From: Deferribacterales bacterium
Lineage (GTDB): Bacteria > Chrysiogenota > Deferribacteres > Deferribacterales > Geovibrionaceae
Length of the DNA: 64,000 bases
NCBI GenBank assembly: GCA_050253075.1
Contig: JBFWJS010000002.1
Span: forward strand, 591,571 to 655,570
Direction: 5' to 3'
Shown: one piece after another, positions 48,705 through 58,643 of the stretch
How positions within the stretch are numbered: the stretch's first letter is position 1
How the letters are laid out: every line of letters begins with the position of its first letter
Position numbers and translations under genes: made by a program
Notes under the pieces: generated by a model
Seen by the model: the letters and a program-made list of their open reading frames with translations, nothing else
Database searches by the model: none
What the model was told of the DNA's origin: nothing

Positions 48705-49982
48705 ATGAGCTATATTGAATTCTTCGAGTTTAAAGATCATCCTTTCAGAATCACCCCTGACGTGGAATTTTACTATACATCCCAGACACATCTGCAAGCA
48801 TACGACTCGCTCGTATACTTTGTCGGTTCGGACGAGGGTTTTTTCACACTGATAGGCGAACCGGGCACGGGGAAGACCATCACCATCAGGAAGTTTCTGA
48901 ACAATCTGCCCGAAGACGTGGAATACGCCTATATCCTCTTCCCTTCGCTGAAGCCAGAGGACATGTTCAAAGCCGTCCTTGAAGACTTCGGATATCAGGT
49001 GGACGGTAATGTTTCGAAAAACTCGCTCTTTGCAGGATTTCGTGATTTTCTCACTGAAAAGAATAAGCAGGGGAAACGCATCCTGCTGATAATAGACGAG
49101 GCGCAGAACCTCCCCGTGGAGACACTTGAGGAACTCCGCATCCTTTCAAATCTGGAGACGGAGAAAGAGAAGCTCATCAGGTTTGTACTGGCGGGTCAGC
49201 CCGAGCTGGCGGATAAGCTGGAGTCCACAGAGCTGAGACAGCTCCGCCAGAGGATATCACTCATCAGCGAGCTGAATCTGCTGGATGCATCCGAGGTTGA
49301 AAAATACGTTATATTCCGCCTGTCCAAAGCGGGATTCAGCGGTAAATACCCCGATGAAAAGTTTTATAAAAGACTGATGCTGCTCACACAGGGGAATCCG
49401 AGGCTGATAAACCTGACGATGGAGCGGGCACTTATGTCTGCCTTCCTCAGCCAGAGCAAGGCGCTAGTCATGACAGACCTCAGCAACGCCGCAGAGAGCC
49501 TTAAGCTCGAGCGTGCCGTCACGGACAAACAGCGAAAGAACACCATAAACACGGCTCTCGTCGCTGTCATTCTACTCCTGTGCATAGTATCTGGCGGGCT
49601 GTTGGTGTATAAGCATACCGAAACCCTAAATGCCGAAAAAGCCATGCAGAAACTGATAGAAAAGAACACCATGCTCGAACAGCATGCGGCAGACATCGAA
49701 CAGAAAGCAGCAGCCGAGCCCGAACCGGAAGTTAAAGAGATCATCAAAGAGATAGTCACAGAGACCAAAGCCGAAGAAAGCAACGTAATAAAAGGATATG
49801 TGATAACAAACAACCTTAACATCCGCTCCACCCCTGAGACAGACAGGGACAACATCCTCGCCAAGCTGGGCAGAGGAACCCCCGTCATAGTGGAAAAGCG
49901 TGAAGACAGCTGGCTGTATATAAATGTCGCAGATCAGCTTTACGGATGGGTTTACGAAGACTATATCCTCATCCCCGAATAG
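48705..49982 (+). CDS. ExeA/GspA-family AAA ATPase with TM helix and SH3 domain
   Basis: PFRITPD, GEPGTGKT, IIDEAQ, GQPEL, QRI, GNPRLIN; C-terminal LNIR...W...GWV SH3b. Confidence 0.88.
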   Translation: MSYIEFFEFKDHPFRITPDVEFYYTSQTHLQAYDSLVYFVGSDEGFFTLIGEPGTGKTITIRKFLNNLPEDVEYAYILFPSLKPEDMFKAVLEDFGYQVDGNVSKNSLFAGFRDFLTEKNKQGKRILLIIDEAQNLPVETLEELRILSNLETEKEKLIRFVLAGQPELADKLESTELRQLRQRISLISELNLLDASEVEKYVIFRLSKAGFSGKYPDEKFYKRLMLLTQGNPRLINLTMERALMSAFLSQSKALVMTDLSNAAESLKLERAVTDKQRKNTINTALVAVILLLCIVSGGLLVYKHTETLNAEKAMQKLIEKNTMLEQHAADIEQKAAAEPEPEVKEIIKEIVTETKAEESNVIKGYVITNNLNIRSTPETDRDNILAKLGRGTPVIVEKREDSWLYINVADQLYGWVYEDYILIPE

Positions 49983-50063
49983 CCTTGCTGTAATAAGTTT
50001 TTCTTGAAATTTATTCTCGTTCGTTTATATTCTTTTTTCTCAATATATGCATCGGAGTTAGAA

Positions 50064-50306
50064 ATGCCTATTTACGAATATGCGTGTGCATCATGCGGAA
50101 AAGTAACTGAGAAGCTGGTCAGCATGTCCGGAGACAACCAGACAACAGAGTGCGAATGCGGAGCTATGGCGGAAAAGATAATGTCTGCGTCTGCGTTTCA
50201 CCTGAAAGGCGGCGGCTGGTATTCACAGGGATACGGCAAAGATAAGTCCTGCCCTATGAAAGATACAAAGCCTGCATGCAGCAACTGCCCGGCAGCAGAC
50301 GTTTAA
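50064..50306 (+). CDS. FmdB-family zinc-ribbon protein
   Basis: MPIYEYAC..CG, F.LKGGGWY; start at ATG 50064 after GGAG. Confidence 0.88.
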   Translation: MPIYEYACASCGKVTEKLVSMSGDNQTTECECGAMAEKIMSASAFHLKGGGWYSQGYGKDKSCPMKDTKPACSNCPAADV

Positions 50307-50725
50307 GCCTGTCTTTTCTGCTTTACCAGTTTTGCTTTCAGGAAATCGCCTAAAACCTTATCAGACTTGCTCACGTGGCGCATGAGCCACCCTGCCATCA
50401 TCCTCTGCACAGCGAGAGGCGTCGCATGGTCTGCGCCTGATTCCTCGCATCTTTTCATCAGAGCGATGACATCCTCACGCAGTTTTGCATGCGCTTCGGT
50501 ATGGTTCGCATAGTCGTAAAAGTCGTATTGAAGCATTACTTTATTTTCGAGAGCGAGATGTGTTTCGCAAAAGTCCTTTAAGAAATCAAGAGCAAAAAAG
50601 ACATATTCGCGTCCCTCACCGTTTTTCATGGCGTCGGAGAGCTTATTCAGCTCAGAAATAAATCTCTTAGTAGAGTTATCCATGAAAGGGATCCCGCTTG
50701 AAAACTGTTCGTTATAAACAGCCAT
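50303..50725 (-). CDS. Bacteriohemerythrin-like protein (degenerate)
   Basis: H...E, H...H, WL..H....D motifs; first His ligand absent. Confidence 0.75.
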   Translation of the reverse strand: MAVYNEQFSSGIPFMDNSTKRFISELNKLSDAMKNGEGREYVFFALDFLKDFCETHLALENKVMLQYDFYDYANHTEAHAKLREDVIALMKRCEESGADHATPLAVQRMMAGWLMRHVSKSDKVLGDFLKAKLVKQKRQA

Positions 50726-50843
50726 CCTCACCCGCCTTAGATTTTGATCGATTATGTCATTTTATATGTTGTAATTCAACCAAAATAGTATATTTTGTTA
50801 CTTTATATCGCCATAAAAATGGTAAAGTTTAGCAAGGATTTAA

Positions 50844-51287
50844 ATGTCAGTATTTGCAAAAAACAAAAAAGCATTTTTTGACTATGAGATACTCGAGACC
50901 TTCGAGACGGGCATCCAGCTCACAGGCACAGAGGTAAAGTCTATCAAAGACAGCCGTGTCAGCCTGAAGGAAGCCTTTGTAAAGATCATAGGAAATGAGG
51001 TCTTCCTCGTTAACTCCCATGTACCTGAATATCTTCAGGGCAACCGATATAACCATATCCCCACACGCAGCCGAAAGCTGCTCATGCACAGAAAGCAGAT
51101 AGACAGGCTCATCGGAAAGATAAAAGAGGCAGGACTCACTATCGTTCCGCTGAAAATTTATCAGAAGAACAGGCTCATAAAGCTCGAGGTCGCCCTTGCG
51201 AAAGGTAAGAAAACCCACGACAAACGAGCCACCATCAAAGAGCGTGACATACAGCGTGAGATGGGCAGAGACTTTAAGATAAAATAA
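50844..51287 (+). CDS. smpB: SsrA-binding protein
   Basis: NKKA.FDY, G..L.GTEVKS, RKLL.H, AKGKK.HDKR. Confidence 0.98.
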   Translation: MSVFAKNKKAFFDYEILETFETGIQLTGTEVKSIKDSRVSLKEAFVKIIGNEVFLVNSHVPEYLQGNRYNHIPTRSRKLLMHRKQIDRLIGKIKEAGLTIVPLKIYQKNRLIKLEVALAKGKKTHDKRATIKERDIQREMGRDFKIK

Positions 51288-51364
51288 ATCTTATTTTCCC
51301 CCTTGACTTTTGCCTCCAGAGTTATATCTATTTAGATATATACCACATGCTTTAGGAGGCAACC

Positions 51365-51916
51365 ATGAAAAATGTTCTCGTAGTGCTCGGTCACTCAAAT
51401 TATGCAAATTCACTTTCAAACAAAACTATAATAGACACCATAAAGGACGCCCCGAACGTAACAGTGCGCAATCTTGACGATGTCTCGGAAAACTATGTCT
51501 TCGACGTTGAGGCAGAACAAAAAGCTATGGAAGCGGCGGACGTCATCGTCCTTCAGTTCCCGTTCCACTGGTATGCAGTACCTTCCATCATGAAGAAATG
51601 GTTCGACGATACACTGCTCTACGGCTGGGCATACGGCGAGGGCGGAGACAAGCTCGCAGGGAAAAAGCTCGTGATATCCTTCACCACTGGCGCACCTGAA
51701 ACAGCATACGTAGCAGGCGCAGGCAAAGGACACACAGCAAGAGAATTCCTGGCACCGATAACAGCAAGCGCAGCATTGTGTAATCTGGATCTGGCAGAGA
51801 TAATCGGTTCATACGGCATGATGTACATCCCCGGATTTGCAGGGGATAAAGATGAAGTAACAGCAAAGGCGAAACTCCACGCTGAGAAACTGGTCAGACT
51901 TTTCGAATCATTATAA
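51365..51916 (+). CDS. Flavodoxin-fold NAD(P)H:quinone oxidoreductase (KefF/YwrO family)
   Basis: DV.AEQ, QFP.HWY..P...K.W.D, GWAYG. Confidence 0.9.
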   Translation: MKNVLVVLGHSNYANSLSNKTIIDTIKDAPNVTVRNLDDVSENYVFDVEAEQKAMEAADVIVLQFPFHWYAVPSIMKKWFDDTLLYGWAYGEGGDKLAGKKLVISFTTGAPETAYVAGAGKGHTAREFLAPITASAALCNLDLAEIIGSYGMMYIPGFAGDKDEVTAKAKLHAEKLVRLFESL

Positions 51917-51932
51917 GAACGATATTCCATAT

Positions 51933-51971
51933 AAAAAATGCCTGCACGGCCGAAAGGTCATGCAGGCATTT
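51933..51971. terminator. Bidirectional intrinsic terminator
   Basis: AAAAAATGCCTGCA...TGCAGGCATTT between convergent genes. Confidence 0.8.
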
Positions 51972-51991
51972 CTATTTATCACCCGAAAATC

Positions 51992-53911
51992 TTACATGTA
52001 CTTACTGATAACTGCGTCTATACCTTCGATGAATTCCTCCACCGTGGACTGGAATCTGGACATCTCGTCCTTATAATCCCCGCCCGAGCGCACTCTGTTA
52101 GCCAGATCGGATGCATGTTCGTGCATCCTTTTGTGCTTTTCATCCAGAGCCGTGTAGTCTCTGTCTGAGCCGAAGAGCTTCATTCCTTCATGCCTGTAGT
52201 AGCTTGTGAATTCGCAGTTGTCGTATGAGCCTATTCTGAAGTCTTCGCCGTTGGTGATGCCGTGGAAGATGGTTCTCACCATCAGTACGTGGCTGACCTT
52301 TGCGTTTATCAGAGGGAGCACTTTTGACTCCAGCTTAAACTTTTTAAGCTCGTTCTCTGTGTCCTGCAGGAGGTTCACGACGCTCTCCACCCTGCCTATC
52401 ATGTCTTCTATACCGCCTGAGTTTTCACTGCTCATAACGGCTACGTTCTCTATGTTCACGGCAATCTGCGTCATCGCTGCGGACTGCTGCTGCACAGAGG
52501 AAGATATGTTTATCAATATAGAGTTCAGCTCTTCCACCGAGTCTTCGATGGTTTCGAACTTGCTGTTTGCCAGCTCGACCTTTTCAAGCTGCATGTTTAC
52601 GTTGTCGAGGGTGCTCTCAGCCTTTTTCACGGCGGTGCCTACCTTCGTCTGAATACTGCCGACGACCTTTGCTATGTCGCCTGCGGATGTGTTCGTCTTT
52701 TCCGCCAGCTTGCGCACTTCGTCTGCCACCACGGCAAATCCACGCCCGTGCTCGCCAGCTCTGGCGGCCTCTATTGCGGCATTCAGCGCCAGCAGGTTTG
52801 TCTGCTCGGTGATGTCTGTTATCACCATGATGATCTCGCCGACCTCTTTGGAGGCTTTCAGCAGTTCGCCCATCTCCACGGCGAGCCCGTTCACCATTGC
52901 GCTCACCTCGTTTGAGATGTCCGTGGTTTCTTTCATCACCACAACGCCCTCTTTTGAAACTGCAAGGGTCTCATTTGCCTTTACGGATGAGTGGCTTATA
53001 TTTTCCGCCGAGTCACGCACTGTCACGCTTATCTGCTCACTCGCAGCGGCGACCTCGCCCGCCAGCCTGTGTGTTTCCTCATTCATACTGCGCAGAGCCA
53101 GTGCAGAGAACGACAGCGGGAACACCTGCTCCATTATGTTTGATATAGAGCGGAATGTTTCGGATATATCCTTGCTTATGGTCTTCATAAAGCTGTTGTA
53201 GCTGTCTGATATCTCGCCCAGTTCGTCTGATGTGTTTATCTTCGACTCCAGCCCGAGGTCAAGGTTTGCCGCTGCCATCACGATTGTGTTCTGAAGCGAC
53301 ATGACCTTTTTAATGATCAATGTGCGAACAAGGAAATATATCAGCCCTATCAGAGCGATACCACCCAGCAGGATGAATATATCGGATATCAGAGACATCC
53401 TCTGGAATGCCACCATCGGCTCACGGCTGAGTTTCACTAGGTAATAGGAATTGACCTTTCCCTCTTCCCAGCTAGTGTGGCATCTGATGCAATAGCCTAT
53501 GGTCTTCACGGGGAAGTGATACGCCATAGCCATTCCGTCTATCTCAACCTCTTCATTTTCGCCGAAGCTGCTGGTGTCTATCTTCGCCCCGACCCTATCG
53601 GGGAGAGACGAGTATGATATAGTTCCGTCGGGCTGTACGAGGGAAAATTCGTTAACGTCCTCATACCTGCCTATCTCACTTATCATAAGCTGGAAGGAGT
53701 TCATGTTCCCCTTCTTCAGCGTGTCGTATGTAGACATATATATGATATCTTTCAGATAATTCATGTATCCGCTGAGGGAGTTTTCAGCCATTCTCAGCTT
53801 TACATTATCCAGGAATATCGTGCCGATGACTGTGATGCCCACCACGATAACGGTGGCCAGAGCCATCTTTTTATTCAGAGATATCTTCCGTTTATTCTTT
53901 CCGCCTATCAT
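51992..53911 (-). CDS. Methyl-accepting chemotaxis protein with periplasmic heme-c sensor domain and C-terminal CZB domain
   Basis: Two TM helices flank CIRCH; HAMP (DELGEI); [36 protein letters not shown]-terminal H...C.F...H..MH. Confidence 0.92.
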   Translation of the reverse strand: MIGGKNKRKISLNKKMALATVIVVGITVIGTIFLDNVKLRMAENSLSGYMNYLKDIIYMSTYDTLKKGNMNSFQLMISEIGRYEDVNEFSLVQPDGTISYSSLPDRVGAKIDTSSFGENEEVEIDGMAMAYHFPVKTIGYCIRCHTSWEEGKVNSYYLVKLSREPMVAFQRMSLISDIFILLGGIALIGLIYFLVRTLIIKKVMSLQNTIVMAAANLDLGLESKINTSDELGEISDSYNSFMKTISKDISETFRSISNIMEQVFPLSFSALALRSMNEETHRLAGEVAAASEQISVTVRDSAENISHSSVKANETLAVSKEGVVVMKETTDISNEVSAMVNGLAVEMGELLKASKEVGEIIMVITDITEQTNLLALNAAIEAARAGEHGRGFAVVADEVRKLAEKTNTSAGDIAKVVGSIQTKVGTAVKKAESTLDNVNMQLEKVELANSKFETIEDSVEELNSILINISSSVQQQSAAMTQIAVNIENVAVMSSENSGGIEDMIGRVESVVNLLQDTENELKKFKLESKVLPLINAKVSHVLMVRTIFHGITNGEDFRIGSYDNCEFTSYYRHEGMKLFGSDRDYTALDEKHKRMHEHASDLANRVRSGGDYKDEMSRFQSTVEEFIEGIDAVISKYM

Positions 53912-54870
53912 TTTTCACCCCTTTTCGCTGAGAGTGATTTAAAGTCGTTCCACTGAAGGTCTTTCACGTCCTTGGCCTCGACATAGATATTTTCTTTGAA
54001 CGGCCATTTCTCGTTTATACAGCCCACGCACGGAGCATTACTCTCCACACACACGTTTACGCTGCCGTTCCATCTGCGAAGCGGACAGTCGGATTTTGTG
54101 ATTGTGCCTCTGCACCCCTTTTTCAGCAGGCATGAGTGCTGGTCTTTTGCGTAGTCTTCCAGATATATGTCCTGCGAAAAGAACTGATATCTCGGGCAGT
54201 GGTTATGTATCAGATCGCCGAAATACTGTGTGGGGATGCCGTTTTCCATCTTCGGCATTTTACCCGTGCCGACGATGTATGCCACAGTGCCCATCAGCCT
54301 GTCAGGATGCACGGGACACCCGGGAATCTTTATCACAGGTTTGCTGATGTTTTCCCTTTTCATGTATTCTTCGATGGTTATGGCGCCTGTCTCATTTCTG
54401 CCTGATGCGGGGATACCGCCGTAGCAGGAGCACGAACCGCAAGCTACAACGGCAGAAGCTGTCTTTATGTGTTTCGCCAGCCCTTCGTAAAGGGTATCTT
54501 CACCGAGGAGGCACGCACGCTTCATCTTTGCGGGGATGCTCCCCTCCAGCACGAGGACATGCCCGCCCTCTGCCGTCACGCTGTTGAGCTGTTCGATGTA
54601 TTCCTCGCCCTGCGAAAATGACAGGGTCGGATGCACCTGCAGCCTCACCAGCTTCATTATAAAATCTATGAAGTCTATCTCGTTTCCGTATGCCGTGGAT
54701 GTAGTACACCCTGTACAGCTCTGCCCCTGTATGAATACGAGCTTTGGTCTGTCTGAGGAGCTTATCCTCATGAATCCTTCGGCTATCTGCGCTCCGAATA
54801 TCTCCGAACCGAAGACCGCAGCCGAGAGCCCCATGCAGTTTTTTAAGAAATTTCTTCTACTTATCATCAT
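53908..54870 (-). CDS. [NiFe] hydrogenase small subunit with Tat signal
   Basis: [34 protein letters not shown]...GC.G, DCP...WN, C...APC.GC. Confidence 0.93.
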   Translation of the reverse strand: MMISRRNFLKNCMGLSAAVFGSEIFGAQIAEGFMRISSSDRPKLVFIQGQSCTGCTTSTAYGNEIDFIDFIMKLVRLQVHPTLSFSQGEEYIEQLNSVTAEGGHVLVLEGSIPAKMKRACLLGEDTLYEGLAKHIKTASAVVACGSCSCYGGIPASGRNETGAITIEEYMKRENISKPVIKIPGCPVHPDRLMGTVAYIVGTGKMPKMENGIPTQYFGDLIHNHCPRYQFFSQDIYLEDYAKDQHSCLLKKGCRGTITKSDCPLRRWNGSVNVCVESNAPCVGCINEKWPFKENIYVEAKDVKDLQWNDFKSLSAKRGEK

Positions 54871-54877
54871 GCACCGC

Positions 54878-56311
54878 CTAATGAACCGAACATGCAGTGC
54901 ATGGGTCGAAACTTCTTATCACTCTGCCCACTTCCACGGAACTGCCTTCGTAGTTTACGGGCGTTCCGAGGACTGCCTTTTCGGCTACCCCAGGCTTCCC
55001 GCCTACGGATGGGCCGAAATTCCAAGTGGAAGGAACTATCATCTTATAGTCCGTCACCTTGCCCTTCGATGCTTTTATGTGGTGTATAAGAGCGCCTCTG
55101 GCAGCGATGGAGAATCCTATCCCCTCGCCTGAAACAGGCTTGCTCAGGTCTATGCTTTTAATGGACGGATCGCCCATGACAAACTCTTCCGTGCGTGCAA
55201 AAAGGTATTCGCACAGCTTGACCGACTCAGTGGCACGGGCGAGTATCCTGCCCATGACAGACGACTTCATCTCTTTCTGCCCCAGCTTAGACATTGCTTT
55301 TTTGAACTCTGCATCGTCTGAGATTACAGCTCTTGCGAGGGGGCCTGTTTCGAGAGGTATGCCGTCATACACAGGAGTCTTTATCCAGCTGTATGCGCCC
55401 TTCGCATTTTCGTCGGGGCTGCCGTCGGGTTTGTAATATGAAGAATCTATCAGCTCTTTCACTTTGGAATAGTCGAAGTCCTGCTTCTTTCCGTCGGCAA
55501 TGACTCCCTGTGTGAACAGAGTGCCTTTCTTGGATGTGAATGCGCTGTGTGCATAGAATGTGTTATATGCTTCGCCTATGTCGAAATATTCGGGAAATCT
55601 CTCCGCTATCTCCATGACATCAGGCAAAAAGGAGCTGGTTACGAAATCCGCCGTCTTCTCAAGGGATTTGTAATACTTCATTATGGTGTCGGGGGTCATC
55701 TCTGTGGTTATACCGCCCGGCAGGAGCGCATGGATGAAAGGCACCTTTGCCCCGAGTATCGCAAGCCCCGATGCCGCCTCGCTGCGTATCTTTAAGGCCT
55801 GAAAATAATTCAGCACAAATCTGCGGGCAGAGCCTGCGTCTTTGATATAGTTGCCTTCGGTTTTGTTTATGAGGAATTTTGTACCCGACGAAGAGAGCCA
55901 GTCGGATATATCACGCAGAGCTTTGTCTCTGCCTGTGTAGCCTGCTGCTGCGGACAGATCGACATAGTCCGGCAGGCATAGGTTATAAAAATGGAGCAGG
56001 TGGTCTGTTATGATGTGCAGTCCCAGTATCATATCACGGAGAACCAGTCCGTTATGGGGCGGTGTTACACCGAATATCTGCTCCAGAGCCATAACTGACG
56101 AGACTCCGTGCACCTCGTGGCACACACCGCATATACGCTGGGCTATTCTGGCAGAATCTACGGGATGTCTGCCTATCAGCATACGCTCAAAGCCCCGATA
56201 CATATTTCCGGAAATCTTAACTTCTGTGACCCGCCCTCTCCCGACAGAGGTTTCCACACTCATATGCCCTTCTATACGAGTGATCGGGTCCATCTTAATA
56301 ATATTAGACAT
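54878..56311 (-). CDS. [NiFe] hydrogenase large subunit without C-terminal extension
   Basis: DPITRIEGH, RGFE, QRICGVC (L1), ARGAL.H, VPSTWN, RSFDPCTACSVH followed by stop (L2). Confidence 0.96.
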   Translation of the reverse strand: MSNIIKMDPITRIEGHMSVETSVGRGRVTEVKISGNMYRGFERMLIGRHPVDSARIAQRICGVCHEVHGVSSVMALEQIFGVTPPHNGLVLRDMILGLHIITDHLLHFYNLCLPDYVDLSAAAGYTGRDKALRDISDWLSSSGTKFLINKTEGNYIKDAGSARRFVLNYFQALKIRSEAASGLAILGAKVPFIHALLPGGITTEMTPDTIMKYYKSLEKTADFVTSSFLPDVMEIAERFPEYFDIGEAYNTFYAHSAFTSKKGTLFTQGVIADGKKQDFDYSKVKELIDSSYYKPDGSPDENAKGAYSWIKTPVYDGIPLETGPLARAVISDDAEFKKAMSKLGQKEMKSSVMGRILARATESVKLCEYLFARTEEFVMGDPSIKSIDLSKPVSGEGIGFSIAARGALIHHIKASKGKVTDYKMIVPSTWNFGPSVGGKPGVAEKAVLGTPVNYEGSSVEVGRVIRSFDPCTACSVH

Positions 56312-56618
56312 TTACGACCTCGATAATAATTTGGGTTCTTGTTTTTTAAATGAATCAATTGCAACCGACTGTTACTATTAGAGGTTTCACCATACGCCAC
56401 ACCACACGGCAATAGAAAACGCAGAAATAGAATGATAAACGCAAAAAATGCGCCTTTGAATTACAATTAAATTTTAGATTATGCAAATAAGGTGAGGATA
56501 TCGCCGATATTCTTCGGCCGATGTGAGCAGTAAATTAACATATATAACAAAACTGTGCAATATTTATGTAGAATGAGGCAGACAGAATTATTTAATACCT
56601 AAATTAATATTATAAGCA

Positions 56619-56655
56619 AATATCCCGATGAGACTCTCGCCTGCATCGGGATATT
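56619..56655 (-). terminator. Hairpin downstream of tatA
   Basis: AATATCCCGATG...CATCGGGATATT inverted repeat. Confidence 0.6.
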
Positions 56656-56689
56656 CCACTTTTATTACTACCACTTAAGTACTAATTGC

Positions 56690-56887
56690 TTACGATATTG
56701 CTTCGACGCTTTTCTCCGCCTTTTCGGGTGTGATGTCCATTGCATCTTCTGCTTCTTTTGTAGCCTTTTTAAAGTTGGTGAGCGCCTTGCCCATCCCTTC
56801 ACCTATCTGAGGGAGCTTTTTCACTCCGAACAGAAGCACAGCTATTACTAAGATTATTATTATCTCCTGAGAACCTAATCCAAACAT
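56690..56887 (-). CDS. tatA: Twin-arginine translocase TatA
   Basis: MFGLG..E....LLFG.KKLP..G..MG....FKK. Confidence 0.95.
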   Translation of the reverse strand: MFGLGSQEIIIILVIAVLLFGVKKLPQIGEGMGKALTNFKKATKEAEDAMDITPEKAEKSVEAIS

Positions 56888-56912
56888 ATATGCCTCCTTT
56901 ATCGGCTGTTCA

Positions 56913-57917
56913 CTATGCTTTTACCCCTTGCACAGTTATCGCCTTTGCCATACAGGAAAGTGCGCATATGCCGCACCCTGTACAGCTGTCTTGGTCTACT
57001 TTTATATTTACTATCTTCTTTCTGCCTTTTACCGTTTCGTACTCGCAGGTGTATACGCCGAATGCACACATTCGCTCGCACACACCGCATTTTCTGCATT
57101 TATCTGAATCTACACACACTGACGGCATCATGCCGCCTTCTCTCATTTTCCCGAGCAGTTCCTCTCCGCCCAGCAGTCTGATGTCATCGGCGAAACGTCT
57201 CTTAACGCCCGTGCCCGTGAGCACTGTCTTTGCCCTGTTCGCATCATTCTCTGATAGAGAATATACCACCTGTCCCACTGACTTCTTGGTCCGCCTGCCC
57301 ATAAGGCTGAAAAATTCCCGTCTGCTGACGAGCTGGCTGTCTTCGAGCCTCTTTTTTGCCTTACTTCTAACTTCTTTCTCGTAGGGAGCTGTCTCAATGG
57401 TCACTTTCCTGTCTGCAGAGGCAAAGATATCCTCTGCATGCCTCATCTCTTTTACTGCGGTTGCCATGCATTTATGCTTACATTCTCCGCAGTCGCCTGT
57501 CTGAAGTATTATCCTCTCTGCTCCTGCGAGGGCGGCCTTTACCAGTATCTTCCTGTCGACATATGCGAGGGTAGGCACGCCTATGGTCTTATCACCCCAT
57601 TTGTCTTTACAGGCGAAGACAGCCTGACTGTCTTCAGATATGCTCTCTTTCAGAGTGGAGAAGAGGCGGCTTTTGTCGGCGAGCTTTATCTGAAACACGC
57701 CGCTCTTACATGCGGAATAGCACTCTCCGCAGGCGGTGCACTTGTCCCAGTCTATGAGAACTTTGCCCCCTGCTTTGGTGATAGAGACTGCCCCGTGCGC
57801 ACATGCATCCATACAGTCGCTGCATTCAGATTTTTTATTCCTTACCCTGCTGCACAGACGGCTGTCTATCACGATAGTTTCATTCAGCCTGTCCAGCAGT
57901 CCGCCGAGAACACCCAT
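56913..57917 (-). CDS. Poly-[4Fe-4S] ferredoxin-like protein
   Basis: Multiple CxxCxxCxxxC motifs at both ends; internal SRREFF. Confidence 0.85.
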   Translation of the reverse strand: MGVLGGLLDRLNETIVIDSRLCSRVRNKKSECSDCMDACAHGAVSITKAGGKVLIDWDKCTACGECYSACKSGVFQIKLADKSRLFSTLKESISEDSQAVFACKDKWGDKTIGVPTLAYVDRKILVKAALAGAERIILQTGDCGECKHKCMATAVKEMRHAEDIFASADRKVTIETAPYEKEVRSKAKKRLEDSQLVSRREFFSLMGRRTKKSVGQVVYSLSENDANRAKTVLTGTGVKRRFADDIRLLGGEELLGKMREGGMMPSVCVDSDKCRKCGVCERMCAFGVYTCEYETVKGRKKIVNIKVDQDSCTGCGICALSCMAKAITVQGVKA

Positions 57918-57920
57918 ACG

Positions 57921-58643
57921 CTACTCCGTGATTTCGCTCAGGAAAATCATATCGTCTTCAAGAAACCCTTTAAGCATCAATGCGAAAGCCGGATAAAACT
58001 TTGTAGAAAGATCTTTTTCGGCAGATGCTACCTTGTCACAGAACAGGAAGGCCCAGCGAGATATATGTTTATTCAGAAACTCAAGCTGGGCTACTATAGC
58101 TTCCTCCGCATCATCGAAGTTGTTAGCTTCCATATAAGCAGCAGCCTTGCTGCTCATACGACCTACAAACTGAAGCTCCATTGCTAAGTGATCTTCCATC
58201 GTTCTGTCTTCTTGCGCTCGTTTAAAAAAGTGAGATGTAAAAAATGCTTTTACCTGCTCCCATGATTCCTGCTTTGTCAGGTGCTGAGGAGATGTATAAA
58301 CAGACTCATAGATAGGCACGGAAATCTTGCCCAGTATGAACAGTCTTGTATATTCCTTTGCTCTCTCATCCCTTGTCTCATCCAGAATGTCTGTTATGGA
58401 GAACTTCACCCCCATGAAGTCACGGAGCATTGCTGCCCCTTTGATCATGTTTTCGTTTTCTGAGCTTTCGGCTATCTCCAGCATCAGCTCGAATGTTTCG
58501 GCATAGAATGCATCCGCCTCAGCGTCAGAAGTATCTATAAATACTCTCGAAAAAACATTGTAAGCTACACTTCTGCCTGCAAATATATTCTGCATTTCCA
58601 GTGCTTGCATAATCCACCTCTTAGATATCGTTTGTAAAATCAA
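57921..58643 (-). CDS. TorD/DmsD-family redox enzyme maturation chaperone
   Basis: Y.RLF, P.YESVY, EDHL.MEL.F, FL..H...W. Confidence 0.9.
   Translation of the reverse strand: MILQTISKRWIMQALEMQNIFAGRSVAYNVFSRVFIDTSDAEADAFYAETFELMLEIAESSENENMIKGAAMLRDFMGVKFSITDILDETRDERAKEYTRLFILGKISVPIYESVYTSPQHLTKQESWEQVKAFFTSHFFKRAQEDRTMEDHLAMELQFVGRMSSKAAAYMEANNFDDAEEAIVAQLEFLNKHISRWAFLFCDKVASAEKDLSTKFYPAFALMLKGFLEDDMIFLSEITE

Noticed and set aside
50732..51364. tmRNA (ssrA) next to smpB
   Set aside because: Flanking gaps are too short and lack tRNA-like ends
54878..56311. Selenocysteine recoding ([NiFeSe] hydrogenase)
   Set aside because: L2 motif is DPCTAC with Cys codons, the frame has no internal TGA and it ends in TAG
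56440..56455. Sigma54-like site (AGGCGCATTTTTTGCG, minus strand) upstream of the hydrogenase
   Set aside because: GG-N10-GC spacing fits but it lacks the leading T and lies about 130 nt from the start; too weak to call
56484..56510. Sigma28-like site CAAA-N15-GCCGATAT on the + strand, possible sRNA promoter
   Set aside because: Imperfect -35 and no supporting downstream feature other than the tatA hairpin
14499..57397. Numerous long antisense or alternate-frame ORFs in the track (e.g. 14499-15215, 26891-27649, 37090-37668, 54536-55132)
   Set aside because: They are shadows of well-supported genes on the opposite strand, with no motifs or RBS support
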